64,000 bases of DNA from Lama guanicoe (Eukaryota). A model generated the notes under the pieces. The model was not told where the DNA came from. It saw nothing but the letters and a program-made list of their open reading frames with translations, and did no database searches. Of the stretch, positions 48,901-62,344 are shown in pieces. Both the position numbers and the translations under genes were made by a program. The DNA lies in assembly GCA_013239625.1 (NCBI GenBank), contig MU055269.1, forward strand, positions 3,473,225 to 3,537,224. The letters are read 5' to 3'. Position 1 is the stretch's first letter. Each line of letters opens with the position of its first letter.

Positions 48901-50170
48901 GTCTCGTCCGCCCGTGCCGACACCCGAGGAGCAGGACGAAAGTGCAGCTATTTTCATAGGACGGAAAGAGGCTTGGAACTGTCACAGACAGAAAAAGATA
49001 AAAACAGGGTGCCTGACGCATGGCGCTCGTGCTGCAAGCCAGGAAATAAAACCCTCCCAACCGCAGAGCTCCAGAGCAGGTCTGGAGAGCGTGCAAGCGA
49101 GTGTGTGTCTACGGTGAGTGCACGTGTGTGCGTGTGCGTGTGCAGACAGCCCCCGGAGCCGGGGCCCCCCTCCACCCGCGCACACCCGTCCGGCTGGAGC
49201 TCCTCTCCTGCGCGAGTTCTCCTGGCGTCGTTCGCGGTAGCGGCCCCACTGTCTGTGACACACGGGGCTGTTCCACAGGTGTCTGTGCGGCAGAGAGCGC
49301 CCCTGGGACGCCCGCAGGCGCCGGCACTGCCAGGAGCCCCGGGCGGGGAGGCTCAGAGCCGCTGGACGTCCGTCACTTCCGGGGCTGCGGAGCTGGGGGT
49401 TGTCAGTCCTGGGCGGTGGCGTGTGGTCTTGTGTCTGTGATGGTGACATCGTGTGGGCTTGCCGGCAGGAGACGGGACCAGACTGAGAGACTCCAGGCCC
49501 CTCAGAACGCGGTGCTGCCGGGACTCCTTGTTGGGCCTGGCGCTTGGTGCTCGGTCCCAGCAGCCGCCTGATGCCCAAGCACATCCACCCCGGGGGGCCC
49601 AGGGGGCGGTGGGCCGGCCCTGGTGCCCAGCCCCCGGATGCGTGAGCCACCTGTCCTCGTGTGGGACGCTCTCATGAGTACTCAGAGTGTGTGTGACCTC
49701 ACCTCTCCACTAGCCGAGGCCGGAACAGCAGCCCAGCTCCCGTCAGCGAGGTCTGGATGGCCGGTTTACTGCTGGCTTGAGCCACACTCAGAGCAGCAGG
49801 CCGTCGCCTCTGTGGGTTAACAGATCCATAGGGCCCCACGCTTTAACCTGAAGTGTGACGTTCCAGGATTCTGTTGGAGAAGTTGGGTTGAGGATGTGTT
49901 GACACCGTGATGCAGGCACGCATGTGCCAGTGTGCACCACACGTGTACATGTTCCCACGTGGGCAGCCCACTGTTCAGAGCCCACACTGGGCAGAGACCC
50001 CAGAGCTTTGGGGCACGAGGCATCTCCAGGTGCTCGTTCCTGGGCCTGCGACATTAGGACCTGCGGTGGGGGCTCTCAGCGCCTGTACACCCTCCCTCCT
50101 GAACTGGCCCTGCCCCGGAAGTGTGGGCGGTCTGCGCAGGGCGCTCAGGGACTGTCCTCTTCTCCCCCAG

Positions 50171-50373
50171 CTGCACGGCTACGTGGACAGCGAGCCACTC
50201 ACCCTGCAGCTGTTCATTGGGACGGCGGACGACCGGCTGCTGAGGCCCCACGCCTTCTACCAGGTGCACCGCATCACCGGGAAGACCGTCTCCACCACCA
50301 GCCACGAGGCCATCATCTCCAACACCAAGGTCCTGGAAATCCCACTTCTGCCGGAGAATAACATGCGCGCAAT
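50171..50373 (+). CDS. NFATC1: NFATC1 exon, Rel-homology domain
   Basis: Acceptor ctcccccag|; 203 nt; [67 protein letters not shown](I); donor AT|gtaagc. Confidence 0.98.
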
Positions 50374-51009
50374 GTAAGCCATATGTCCGCGTGTCCGTGT
50401 GTCCTCGGGGGCCAGTGGGAGCTGGGTGGGCCCCGCACGCCTGCACCTCCCCCGACGTTTCCACAGCTGGGCCCTGGGTGCCCTTGGCTTAGCACCTGAG
50501 GAAACTGCACGAATATTTATGACAGCAGGTTTGTTTGTTTCGGGGTTTCAGCCACTGTGCATGGTGCCGCCTGAATATCTCAGCTGTGGGCGCTCCCCCG
50601 TGTCTGAGCACAGTGCCCGTGACAGCTGGAGGAGTGGCTAACCTGCAGTCACTGAGAGACTAGAGAGGGAGCAGTATGTTTGGGACGTGCTTTCGCTGAG
50701 AGGGTCTCTGCCGCTGCTGCATGACCAGCCTGGCAGCTCACTTGTTTACCGGTGAATCGACTTGAGGGTCAGTTACCCCCTCGTGTCCGGCGGAGCCTGA
50801 GGGCGTGGCTTCGTTAACTGAGCAGCCCTGCCGTGCACGCCCCTCCCGTGTCGTGGGCGCAGCAGAGAAGGAGCCAGTCTGCCCACAGGACTGGCCTTCT
50901 GCATGGGCTTCGGGGGCGGGGGACAGATCCTGAGCACAGTACGTGGATAAGCAAGTTCAGGCAGCCAGTCATTCCCCCAGGGGGTCGGTGGAGCGCCTGG
51001 GCCCCCGTG

Positions 51010-51220
51010 CATGGCAGGGGTCTCTGGGGGGGCGGCGCTGGGCTGAGAGCGGAATGTGCAGGGAGGCAGCTCGTGCAAAGGCCCTGAGGCAGGAGTGAGG
51101 GGGTGTCCTCAGGCAGGAGGAGCCCAGGGTGGCCAGGCTGTCCTGGGGGAGAGAAGGTGTGGGCGGTGAGGCCAGCGGACCGCGTTCTGTAGGGCCTCAT
51201 GTGGGATTTGACAGTTACTT
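51010..51220 (-). mobile_element. L2 LINE fragment
   Basis: ggcagctcgtgcaaaggccctgaggcagga...gggtggccaggctg...ggtgaggccag...tgtagggcct resembles the L2 motif series GTGCAAAGGCCCTGAGG...TGTAGGGCCTTG. Confidence 0.6.
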
Positions 51221-51914
51221 GTAACTGTTATACTCTCTAAGTTGGAAACAAAGGGAAAGGTTTCTCTCCATGCCCCTCTTCACGGACTTGGGGGAAATCA
51301 CTCTGAATCCTTGGGTTTGCTTTTGGGACTGCGGAGTCAGCTTCCCGGGCCAGGATGCGGTCAGGTGGGTCAGGAGAACCTGCCGGTTTCCGCACTTCAG
51401 TGACTGCGTTTTCTCCACCAAGACCCTCCCGCCGGGAGCAGCCCCTGCCCCGCGCTCCGGAGGCGGGGCTGCGTGCTGGGATGCCGCCCCGGCCTGCTGG
51501 GGCAGCGTTTGTGTGGCCTCTTAGCTTCTGACGGGGAACGGGCTGCTTCCATCTGACTGTTGTTCTGGTGCTGAGTGGAACTGTCAGGTTAAACAGAATT
51601 AAACGAGGTCGTGTGAAGCCCTAGAAATTTCGTGATCTTGACCCAAGGGAACGTTGCCAAAATCTTGAGTGAAAGAGGTTTTGGGAGCCGCCTGGAGGGC
51701 CCCAGCGGCCCTGTTGGTGATGTCCACGTGGGTCTAGCCAGAGCCCTGAGCGTGCGGGCAGCTCTCTCCAGACATGCTCAGACCGGATCAGGGCGCGAGG
51801 TCCTGGCTGGTCCCACCAAGCCCTTCAGTGAGCGGTCGTCCGGGACGGGCGGGGGTTCGGGCAGAGGGAGCGGCTCGGGGGTTGAGGAAAAGCGTGGACT
51901 CTCATTTTGGGCAG

Positions 51915-52087
51915 CATCGACTGTGCTGGGATTCTGAAGCTCCGGAACTCAGACATCGAGCTGCGCAAAGGGGAGACGGACATCGGGAGGAAGAACACCA
52001 GGGTGAGGCTGGTCTTCCGTGTCCACATCCCGCAGCCCAGCGGCCGGACACTGTCCCTGCAGGTCGCCTCCAACCCCATCGAGTGCT
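51915..52087 (+). CDS. NFATC1: NFATC1 exon, Rel-homology domain
   Basis: Acceptor ttttgggcag|; 173 nt; [57 protein letters not shown]; donor T|gtgagt. Confidence 0.98.
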
Positions 52088-53871
52088 GTGAGTAGCCGCC
52101 CCGCCCTGCCTCCCTTGTGACTCCAGGCCAGTCCGACCGGTCGTGCCCTTTCCAGGAACAGCTTTCTTGCTATGTGCGCAACCCTGTGAACTGTGCTTGT
52201 CCCACCAAACATGGTCGTGGACGGTATCTGTTCCTTCCTGCACTGGTGCAGGGCCTCCCCCACCCCAGCACCTGCTGGAGGGAATCGAGGAAAGGAAGTT
52301 TGTTCCCAGACAGTGAGCCCTGTGTGTTGATCGCATTTGAGTTAATCTCCCCCCGTCTCAGGAGACTTGAGAAAGTGGCGTTTGCGTTGTGGTCTGTCGG
52401 GTTGGGCGGTCCTGAATTTGCCGGCTGGCGCAGAGCTCGGCCCTCCATCCCCTGTGTGGACCTGCCCAGGTGGCTCTGGGCCTCTGGCCTTGGGCTTACC
52501 GCTGGGCTCGTCTGGGTGGTCGGACGGCCAAGAAGTGAGGTCTGCCCCCTTCCGTGTTAGCAACGTGGGTGGCTGGTGCCACCCTGGGCAGAGACCCGTG
52601 GCCCCGCTGCAGCCCCTGCTTCCCGACCTGGGAACCTGACTGTCCCCTGGCCACTGCCCCTGGAAATGCCCTTCCGTCTTCTCTGAAGGTCCCCTCCAGG
52701 GTGTGGCTGTCTCAGGAGCTCTGTCCCTATGGCTCACCCGTCTCAGCGGGAGGGTCCTGCTTTGGTCTCTGTGCCTCTGACCTGAGGGCCCGTTGGACCT
52801 CGGTGACCGGGCCCTTCCTGCCCCACAGCCGCTCCTCTGCGATGGTGGCCTTTGCCTCACTGCCCCGCCTCCCCCGCTCCTGCTGGACCCTCACTTGCAG
52901 ACTCCAGATGCCCGTCCCAGGCCATGGGGCCTGCAGCAGTGGCCTCATCTCTGCTGTGTGATCTCCTCCTTCCTCCAGCTCATGGGTCCCTTGGTCATGG
53001 GGTGACCATGTGAGGGCCCCCGGCACGTAGCCAGCCCACAGAAACACCGTCCTCACCACCTGCTTCCGTGCAGACTTCTGGTTGCTGCCTGCATCTGTGT
53101 CCTCTGCCTGTCCTGCCTCTCGCAACAGCCCGGGTTCTCGGAGCCTGTGTGTCTGCTGCCCCCCCACCCCCGGCCCTGAGACACATCCATCCTTGGACGG
53201 GCCCCCCACATCCCAACCTGCTCTCTGGGATCAGCCTCANNNNNNNNNNNNNNNNNNNNNNNNNNNNNNNNNNNNNNNNNNNNNNNNNNNNNNNNNNNNN
53301 NNNNNNNNNNNNNNNNNNNNNNNNNNNNNNNNNNNNNNNNNNNNNNNNNNNNNNNNNNNNNNNNNNNNNNNNNNNNNNNNNNNNNNNNNNNNNNNNNNNN
53401 NNNNNNNNNNNNNNNNNNNNNNNNNNNNNNNNNNNNNNNNNNNNNNNNNNNNNNNNNNNNNNNNNNNNNNNNNNNNNNCCCCCCCCCCGGCCAACACCTG
53501 GCCCCACCCCCCTCCTCCGCCAGCACCCGGGGGAGGGCACTCCCCGTTGCTTCCAAAGACAGCAGCCCGTTCCCCCAGTGCAGGGGTCCAGGTGGGGAGT
53601 TGGCTGTGAGTCTCCGCGGCGGGCTCTGTCCTCACGGGCTCCCGCGGCTTCCCCGGGCCCTCCACGGGGCCCACCCTCGAGCGGAGGCTCACACACAGGC
53701 TCACACGTGTGTGCACACGCACCTCGGGAGACCTGCGAGTCAGACGTGTGGCTTCCCTTGGGCGTCGCCCCTCCCGGGGCACGTCGCCACACTTCCGTTC
53801 CGGGTGCAAGTGACTGTCGGGGTGGTCGGCGGTGCGGGCCGGCTCACACGCACGTTCCTGTCCCCACACAG

Positions 53872-54012
53872 CCCAGCGGTCAGCCCAGGAGCTGCCCCTC
53901 GTGGAGAAGCAGAGCGCGGCCAGCTGCCCTGTCCTCGGTGGGAAGAGGATGGTCCTGTCCGGCCACAATTTTCTGCAAGACTCCAAGGTCATTTTCGTGG
54001 AGAAGGCACCAG
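53872..54012 (+). CDS. NFATC1: NFATC1 exon, start of the IPT/TIG subdomain
   Basis: Acceptor tccccacacag|; 141 nt; (S)[46 protein letters not shown]; donor G|gtattt. Confidence 0.97.
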
Positions 54013-57000
54013 GTATTTTCCTTAAAAAACCAACCGGGTCCGCTTTGGGCGCTGGGGGAGCCGGCTGGTGGTGTGGGCACAGGTGGGCCGTGTGACGCTC
54101 AGGGTCCATCGTGGGTGCTGTGCAGGGTCCTCGGGTCCATCACGCGGTGCCGGGGGTTAAAGGGCCTGTAGGTGTGGGGCCTCCAGGAGGCCACTGTATG
54201 TGGCGGGGCAGCCCCGGGTCTGCCCGACCGGGCGGGCACCTCCGCCGTGGGTCCCGGGCCAGGTCCTGCTGCCAGGCCTCCCCGTGTGGATGGCAGTTCC
54301 CATTTCTCAGAATCACAGGCTGTCGGGGACAGGCGTCCAGACACAGAGTGGCCACGGTAGCCGCAGGGGTCCCTGCAAGATCTCACCCTCTGGACGAGCA
54401 CCCCCACCCCAGACACACAGGCGGATGCTGTTGTTCTTTGTGTGACTGGTGGTCTCCGGGGTCCCAGCTGCTCTGAGCGTGTGCGTGTGCACTCTGCGTG
54501 TGTGCTCGGAAGAGGGGGCTGTAGGTCTGAGGGGCCTTTTTCTCTGGTGTCTGGGGCCCCAGAGCGATAAGCCTCGGGTCGGCTGCAGGATGGATGCAGC
54601 GGGAGCACCGCTCCTGCCCGGTGGACGCCTGGCCTGTGCCACGTGGGTAGCAAGTGCGGGAGAGTGTGGGCCCCACTTCTCTCTCAAACTCTGGAGTCTG
54701 TTTTCGGGGCTGATTCCGTGCAGGGAGCTGGCCTCCGCCCACACAAGGGTGCAGCTGCCCCCCAGGCTGGGGAGGGGCCGCATCTGGTAGCTTGTTTCTT
54801 GTCTTCACTTTCCTGGTTTCTCGGGAGCGTCAGGGCTGGACTCGTGCTGGTCGCTGAAAAGCGCGGAGGCACTCAGCCCCCATAATGGGGTCTTGATTTT
54901 GTACAGTTTGCAAGAAACTTAAGCACTTCAATCAAAATGGGCTTAAAGGTCCTTCACGAGTAACCTGGTCGGCCTGTGCAATTGTGCATATGATTGGAAA
55001 GTACACTTCAGATGATGGCTGGACCCCGACTGAGTGTGAGGTTAAGGGGGTATTTGTTACTGCAACGCCCTTCTTTGGAGGACGTGAATTTTGAAATAAT
55101 TTAACCTTTTGTGCATTAAACGTGTGTCCACCTGCATGGCGGGGAGGGAGGAAGGCCCGGCGTCCTCACCGCGCACTGGGGCGTCACAGAGCCGGCGGGC
55201 TGCCCTTGCTGACTCACAGAGGAGATGCTGAGCGGCTTTCTGTGCTGTTTCTGAGACCAGTCAGCACCTCGGGCCCAGGACAGGGCTCAGCTGGTGTGGT
55301 CTGGTCATGGGGCCTTCACTGTGGCCTCGCGGGCGCCACGGGCAGGTCAGCCACTCGCCTGCAGGTGCAGGTGGGACTTGCCCTCGTCCTCCCCGGGGCC
55401 CTGGCCACACGCAGGCTGTGTGCCGCCGTCTGGGCCTGTCGTCCGCTCACCCTCTCCTGCAGTGGAGCCGCGTCTGGGGGGCAGAAGGTGAGAAACCAGC
55501 GAGCGGGTGGTGACCAGACGCCCTGCAAACACGTGCACCGAGACGAGCGAGACGTAACCCCCCAGCCAGGCCTCTGGGCGTCCTGAGACCCCACGCTCGC
55601 GTTTAACGAGGCCACATGCGCCCTTGAACATGCTCTGTGTGAGTCCCGTGAGCGGAGACGGGGGAGCGGAGGCCCCGCCTCCTTCCTGTCCGTAGATTCT
55701 CGGCAGAGCTCACACACCTGACACCTTGACGGCCTGTCGCTGCCGCTGGGCTTCCCCTGGTGGGTTTTCAGAGAAACCGCTATGGACAGTTTGGATTAAA
55801 AGCACAGCTGTGCTCTGGGCATCCGACGGGGCCGTCCGACCCGCTTCGCAGCGCGGCCAGCGGGTGAGCGGTGAGCTCTTGTCTCAGGGCTGCTGGCCTG
55901 GGCAGACATCGCCCCATGGACAGGCCTTGGAGCCGCTGCAGGAAGAATGGGGCCTCTCTGACCGCCGCCACATCCGACACCCCTCCACCGCCCTGGGCAG
56001 CGGGCAGAGCTTTTATGAGCTTCTTGGTGTGGTTCCTCCTGACTAGAGGACTGGCCGTCACCTGCGTCCCCCTCACGGTGACTGAGCAGGGACCCCGGCC
56101 ACGAGGGCGGCCCCAGGAAATGGGAGCAGGCCCCCCCGACGTCGGCCGGTCCCCCAGGGGTCAGCCGAGGCCGAGGGGAATGTCCCGAGGAGCAGCTCTC
56201 GGCTCGGCTGCGTGAGGGACGGGCATCCCCAGACGTCCGGTGGTTTTTCTCAGGTCTCTCTGTGTCCAGCAAGAGGCCCCAGCGTTGAAGTAGCCGTTCC
56301 TTCATGGACTCTTGTCGACGGTTGCGGCTTCTGTGTCAGACGTTGTCTCCAGGTGGATTCTGTGTGCGTGGAGACCGGTCATGCCCTCACCAGAGGGTCG
56401 TGTGCCCAGAGTGTCGGTCACCCCGCCTCCCACTGAAGACCTGTGGGTCTCCCCTCAGATCTGTGAGTGAGGGACACATTTGCACGTGCATGTGAATGTC
56501 TGACCCAGCCTGACACACACACGGCAACACCAAGAAAGCGGCTACGTGGGCACCAGCTCACTCTTCTGGAGACGGGAGAGGAGAACATCACCAAGTCCGT
56601 GACGCTGGCGCGGGAAGTCGCTCTGTCCTTCAGTCTCCTCACCTGTCCTGCGCAGCTCTTGGAACCTGTGTGAAGCCTGTTTTGGCTTTTCTGCTGCACA
56701 ACAAGTCCCACCAGAACTTGGAGGCTGCGGCCTGCAGCACTTCGTCTGCCGACAGTGGTGGGTGGCTGGGCTCGGCCTCTGGCCATCCCGTGAGCTGGCA
56801 GGTCAGCTGGGGCCGGATGGCGGCCTTCTGCCCGTGTGCAGACCTCCCCCAGCTCTCCTCGGCAAGGTGACGGCATCCTGCGTGGGTGCTAGGCCTCCGC
56901 CTCGGGTGCTGGTCTCTAAAGGGTTCCTGGAAATCCCCCGGAGTGGACGCTGCGGCTGGTGTGTGCCTCACACCCAAGGGCTGTGACTTGGTCCTGAGAC

Positions 57001-60000
57001 GCGCTGTTCAGACTTTCCTGGCGCTGACCTGGGAAGGGGGGTGGGGGGTGCAACAAGCGTCCACATGGACAGCTGTCGTCACCCCACCACGCCCGCCATC
57101 TGGGCAGCTGACCTCCGCAGGTGGTGTCCTAGGGTAGCCCTGGGCTGAGACCCCTCTGTGAGGGGCTCCCAGGGGGGCGGCAGGGCACACCCACAGCGGG
57201 CTGGCTGCGTGGGCACCAGAGCCGCTGGTCCCCGGTAGCCCCCGCCTGGGACTTACCCTGGACGGGCCGTCGGGGAGAGGGCACTGACCCCAGTGAGCAG
57301 AGAGCGGCGGCTGGGTCCCTCTGTCCTAAGAAGGCTTTCCCTCACTTTCTGGCCTTGGAGCTGAGTGATCAGCCCACAAGTCTAAGCTAAACGACACTTC
57401 GGACCGTCTGGGAGGAGACCGGGCTACCCCGGCGCCCGTCTGCGGGGATGTGCAGGTGGGCGGGACCCTGGCAGGTGAAGCAGGTGCTGCTGGGGTCAGC
57501 AGGGCCCCGGCCTGCCCTTCTCCTTCGGCCCCAGACTCTGCCTTCACTGATGTCCAGGAAGCACCCTGGCCCCTGTGAGGGACTGCCCGGCTTCAGGGAC
57601 TTGCACTCCCTGTGGGCTCTCCTTGTGGGTCCAGGCTGGCCTCTGAGGTCAGCGTTCAGGAGCCTGGTGCGGGGACGGGCGCTCATCTTGGCCTTGGTGC
57701 CCTCCCTGCCCCTCCTGGGCCCGGGCTGCCCTCTCCCTGTGGGATATGCAGGCCCAGTGTCCTGCCCACGAGAGGGCTGTCACTGTAGCTCCCTCCCTCG
57801 GTTTGCCCCAAACCCGCCCACCGTGCATGTGTCCTCCCCAAGGGCCGTGCAGAAGGTGGGCTGGGGCAGGCAGCCTGGACAGGGGGCGCCAGGCTCAGGA
57901 GGCCCCCGCTTCCACGTGGTGGTGCCCACGCAGTCCTGTCGGGCGATTCATTTTCATTTTTCGAGTCGGCTTTCCAGAGGTGTAAGTCGCTGACCTCACG
58001 TGCCGCCCGTTCAAAGCTTGGAGGCTCCGGTGCGTCCAGAGCTGTCGTGCGTGCCCCAGGGCGTCTCCTTGCCCCGAGAGGAACCTGACCCGTTAGTGTC
58101 GCCCACGCCGCAGCTTGGCAGCATAGCCTGCTCTGTCCGCTCTGCTCGTCGGCTGGGAGCCTGCGTGCCCGTGCCCGGCTCCCTCCGCCCGTAGGTGTCA
58201 GGTCTGTCCACGCGGAGCGTCAGGGCGTCGCCCCTCCGAGGGCTGGTAGCCGCCCCACCCCTGCCCCGCGTGGACAGAGCACATCCTGTTTATCTGTTCA
58301 GAGTGGATGGACACCGGCGTCATGTGTGATGCTGCAGTGACTGCCGTGTGCACACGTGTGTTCCTCCCCTGGGCGCACACCTGGCACCCGTGTCTCCTGG
58401 GCCCTGGGGTCTCCACCTCCACCCTGGGAGCCTCGGCAGGCAGATAGCTTGCCTTGCCCTAGAGGCGCGTCTCCTGGTCCGTGTGGCTCAGAGGGTCCTG
58501 CGTGGGGTGGGGTTGATGAGGGAGGAGTGGATGGGAGATGCCGCCTGACACCTGCCCTGGCCCTCCCCAGGTCACCCCTGGTGGGTCTCCACCTGCTCAC
58601 ACCTCCTGTGGCTCCCGGGGTCCAGCCTGCAGGCCAGGAGCAGACGCAGCAGGGACCCTGCCTCGTGGGGCCAGGGGAGCAGACGTCTGGCCTCAGACGC
58701 TGGGGCTCTTCCTGAAGGAGGCCCTGCTGCGTCTCAGTCCTCCCGTCCGGCCCGTCAAAGCCTCGCCGTCAGTGCGGCAGGAGGGTCTCAGGAAGGGGAG
58801 CCCGCTCGGCCCCCTGCCGCACCCGCGGAGTGAGAGCAAGGACCCGCGGCCCAGAGCCGCTCCGCCCGCGGCCTCGGCCCGCGGAGGAAGCCTCCTGGCG
58901 GGTGTGGCGGGGAAGCCTTTCCGATGACTCACGCGGCAGGGAATTCCCTGATGACTTGGAATATTTTTACTTCTGGGCTTGTGCACAGTTTCCTACTGAG
59001 AAGCCCAGTGAGCGCCTGATAAGGAGGCACACAAAGGCCTGTTTGGGGCTGGCCTTCCTGTCCTGTCCCTTCCCGGGGAGGCCGGGCTGCCCTGGGCGGG
59101 TGTCACAGGACGGGCGCCGGAGGCTGGAGCTGGGGGGGTGGGCCTGTAGTCCCAGAGCAGGCGACGATCAGCACCTCTCCCTGCTGGGGCCCTGCCCCGT
59201 CCCTGGACAAGGCCACGTGTGCGTTCCCGACCGTAGAGAGACGCTAGCCTTTAAGAGTCAGGCTCCGTTTAGGGTCCCTGAGGCCCGCCCTCTGCCTGGA
59301 ATCCACCCTGGAATAAAGAGGCCAGGGAAGCTGGGGCCAGAGCCCCCACGCCAGGGTGGGCGGGAATGCAGGGAGCGGGGGCTCTGGGCACCTGGGGCTG
59401 AAGAGCCGGCCTGAGGGGCTTCGCTCTCGGTTGGTCTAGGGCCGGAAGGATCTGCGCCTTCCGGAGCCGTGAGGACCCGGGAGCTGGCGCAGCCGGCAAG
59501 GCCTGGCCCGCTCGCGGACATGGTGCATAGTGGGATCATGTGGCCTGCTGGCCCCTGGGCAGGCACCCCAGGACGGCATTCCACAGGCCCAGGACGCCCT
59601 GGAGGGGAAGGACCCTGTCCCCCGGGGGGCATGTCCTCAGCACGCACGCCCCGCCGCCCCCTCCACGACTGCATTTCCCTTCGTTTTCGCTCCATGGGTG
59701 AACCTGCCAGGCGCTCCCGGGAGGCCAGTCCAGTCTCCGGCCCCTCCTGGAGGATGGGCAGTGGTGGACACTGGGTGCTGCTGGGTGTCCCTGGCCCCTC
59801 GTGGGCCTCCGTCTCCCCTCTCCTGGGCAGGTGCTGCCCTCCCCCATTCTGGCCAGGGAGGCCTGGACGCTGTGGAGAATTCCGTCGTGGGCTGTGAGCT
59901 GTGGCTCTGCCAGCCTCTGTCGACAGGCAGAGAAAAAGCAGCTGTGTGGTTTTGCCCCCAAACTTCAGGTTTTAACACTTAAGCTGCTCAGTGGGGGAGG

Positions 60001-61452
60001 GACAGAGATCGGCTCTGTCATCCGAAAACGTGCTGTTTCTAAAAGGCATCAGGGAGGGGAGAGAGGTCGTTACAGGCGGAGTCGCTCTGATTTCCTCAGA
60101 CACGTGGCGGGGGAGGCGGGGCATCAGCACATCCGGGCGGGTCTAGGCCGCGGGCGCGTCACAGTGGCCCCGGGGGCCCTGGGGTCCGTGGGCACCGGGG
60201 CCGGAGTCAGGGTGTTCTTTCCCCCGGGCCCCGAGCTCACAGGGGAAAGTTCGCCGCTTTGTAGACCTCGCGATGCCTTCGAGAGCAGCGGGCTGTTCTG
60301 TGGGTTTCCTGTTGTTTTTCCCAGCGGAGAGGTGGTGCAGTCTCTGGGCCGTGGGGCCCTGCTTGCCGTGGAGTGGGTCCATCTGGCAGATAACTCGCGC
60401 GGGGACCTCGGGCGTCCCGAGAGGCCGGTGTGGTCCTGGCGCCTCAGCCTCCCCGTGACTCATGCTTCCTCCCCGCTCCGCCCTCCAGCCCAGCCAGCAC
60501 CGCCAGGGAGAAAAAGGAGATCTTGTCTAATTTATTTATGATTTAGGGTTTGTAACACACGTAGATCTCTTCTTTGCAAACAGAGGATCAGGACACTAAA
60601 CGTATCCATAGCTATAGTGACTCGTGTGGGGAGCTGACTTCGCAAAAGATGGAGAGGAAAGAGGCCTCCGTCGGAGACTGACGTCTGTTCATTCAAAATA
60701 ACGGCCAAAACCAGTCCCCCGACAGCGTGCCTGCCAGAGGGTTTTCCAGACTCTGGAACGCGCTCCCTCCGTCCCAGTGAGCGTGGGTTCCTGACCTCGC
60801 CCCCTCCAGGGCCCGAGACAGTGTGCCCTTTCTTTCACTGGAGGCTTTTCATTTTTTCAAAAATGCAAACGGCCACTGGGGTAAAGTTAAAAATACCTTG
60901 TGTTTTGCATTGGTGGATCCTGATGTGGCAAGGAGCAGACACAGGAGGCGTTTTCTTCCCCACCCCCGGCAATTCCCTGAGCAGAGGCAGGGCCCGTGGC
61001 CCTCGCTGCATCAAACAGCTCTGCGCCCGGAGTGCGTCGTGCGCACTGTGGGCCGGAGCCGCTGGGGCCGGAGCCCGACCCAGACCCGGCCCACGTCCCA
61101 GCACGGCGCCCCTCTTGCTGGGGTTACCCGTGTTCCTCCAAGTGTGGACACCCTTCCGCGGCTGCGCTGGGTAGGGGGCTTCTGCAGAGCAGGGCTCTGT
61201 GGGCCCCTCCAGGCACCCTGCTCTCACGTTCTGGATTTGAGCTTCTCCCGACTGGCTCTGGCGTCCACTCTCCCTGCTCAGCATGCACAGCAGCCCACCT
61301 GTGCCAGCAGGCGGCCCCCACGGCCAACCAGGCAGGGGAGCCTCTCACCAGAGGCTCCTGCGTGTGAGTCCTGTGTGCCTGCGTCCGGGTTGTAATTTCA
61401 GGTGGTGGCCATCAGGACGTGAGTAACGGACTCTCCCTCCCCTTCCTTGCAG

Positions 61453-61508
61453 ACGGGCACCACATCTGGGAAATGGAGGCGAAGACTGATGGAGACCTCT
61501 GCAAGCCG
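61453..61508 (+). CDS. NFATC1: NFATC1 short exon, IPT/TIG subdomain (not in the ORF track)
   Basis: Acceptor ccttccttgcag|; 56 nt; (D)GHHIWEMEAKTDGDLCKP; donor CCG|gtgagt; phase continues the frame. The next exon (NSLVVEIPP...) was not found, so the gene extends beyond the window. Confidence 0.96.
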
Positions 61509-61899
61509 GTGAGTGCGGCCCTGGGGTGAGGGGGGAGACGTGGGGCCCGGGGCCTCCTGACCACAGTGGCGGCCTCCTGGCCCCAGATACCTGGCTTCTC
61601 GTTTGTTGAAATGAACCGACTATAAAAATAACGGAGTAGGGGGTAGAAACGATGGAGGAACAGTTCCTGAAACGAGCGCTCTCAGGATGGAAGGTGAGGT
61701 GAGGTCTTGGACATGAGTGACCATGGAGGACAGGGCGCCATGTGGGTGGCAGGCCTCTTGCCAGGGGGCGCGGGGGCACTCGCACGCCCGGGGCTGCTGT
61801 CGCCATAAGCTGCCTTTGTTACCAGGGCCCCCCCACTGGCCGCTGCCCCCTGGGGGACGCTGTGTGAGCCCGTGGGTGCCTCCGGGGCCGCCGGCGTCC

Positions 61900-62344
61900 G
61901 GGGCCGTGACGCCTTGTTTGTCCTCAGAGGGCGGCCAGGCCCCGGGCCCCAGTGGGGTCTCACCTGCCAGCCAGGGTGCCTGCGGGGCCTGCGCCCCCCC
62001 TCGTGTGGGGCCGCCGCGCTGGCTCGGGGCCGTCCTGACGCTGGCCCCACGGCTCCCTTGGCTGTCCACACGCAGGAGCCTAAGGGTGACCGCTGTCCGG
62101 GGCTGCTGGTGGAGGGGGCTCTGTCTGAAGTTCCGTGGCGGCTCCACCTCCCTCTGACGGCGGTTCGCAGGGTTGCTGTCCTCCAGCCCCTCGGTTTCTG
62201 TCTGTCTTTAAATCTGAAGCAGGTCCCCGCACACAGCGGAGAGCTGCGTCTTGTTTTTACCCACTGACACGCTGTCCTAGTCGGGGTGGGTAGACCGTTG
62301 GTGTTTAACGTGATCAGTGATGTGTGTGGGCTGGTGTCCACCAT
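61900..62344 (-). mobile_element. L1M ORF2 5' (endonuclease N-terminus) remnant
   Basis: Minus-strand translation from 62344, MVDTSPHTSLITLNTNGLPTP...WVK...CFRFKDRQKPRGW, resembles L1 ORF2p ITLNVNGLN.P...W.K...HF.FKD...KGW. The left boundary is uncertain. Confidence 0.75.

Noticed and set aside
52995-54171. 265-367-aa ORFs spanning 53240-53478
   Set aside because: Inflated by the N-gap. The only real coding segment is the 141-nt NFATC1 exon, which is in a different frame.
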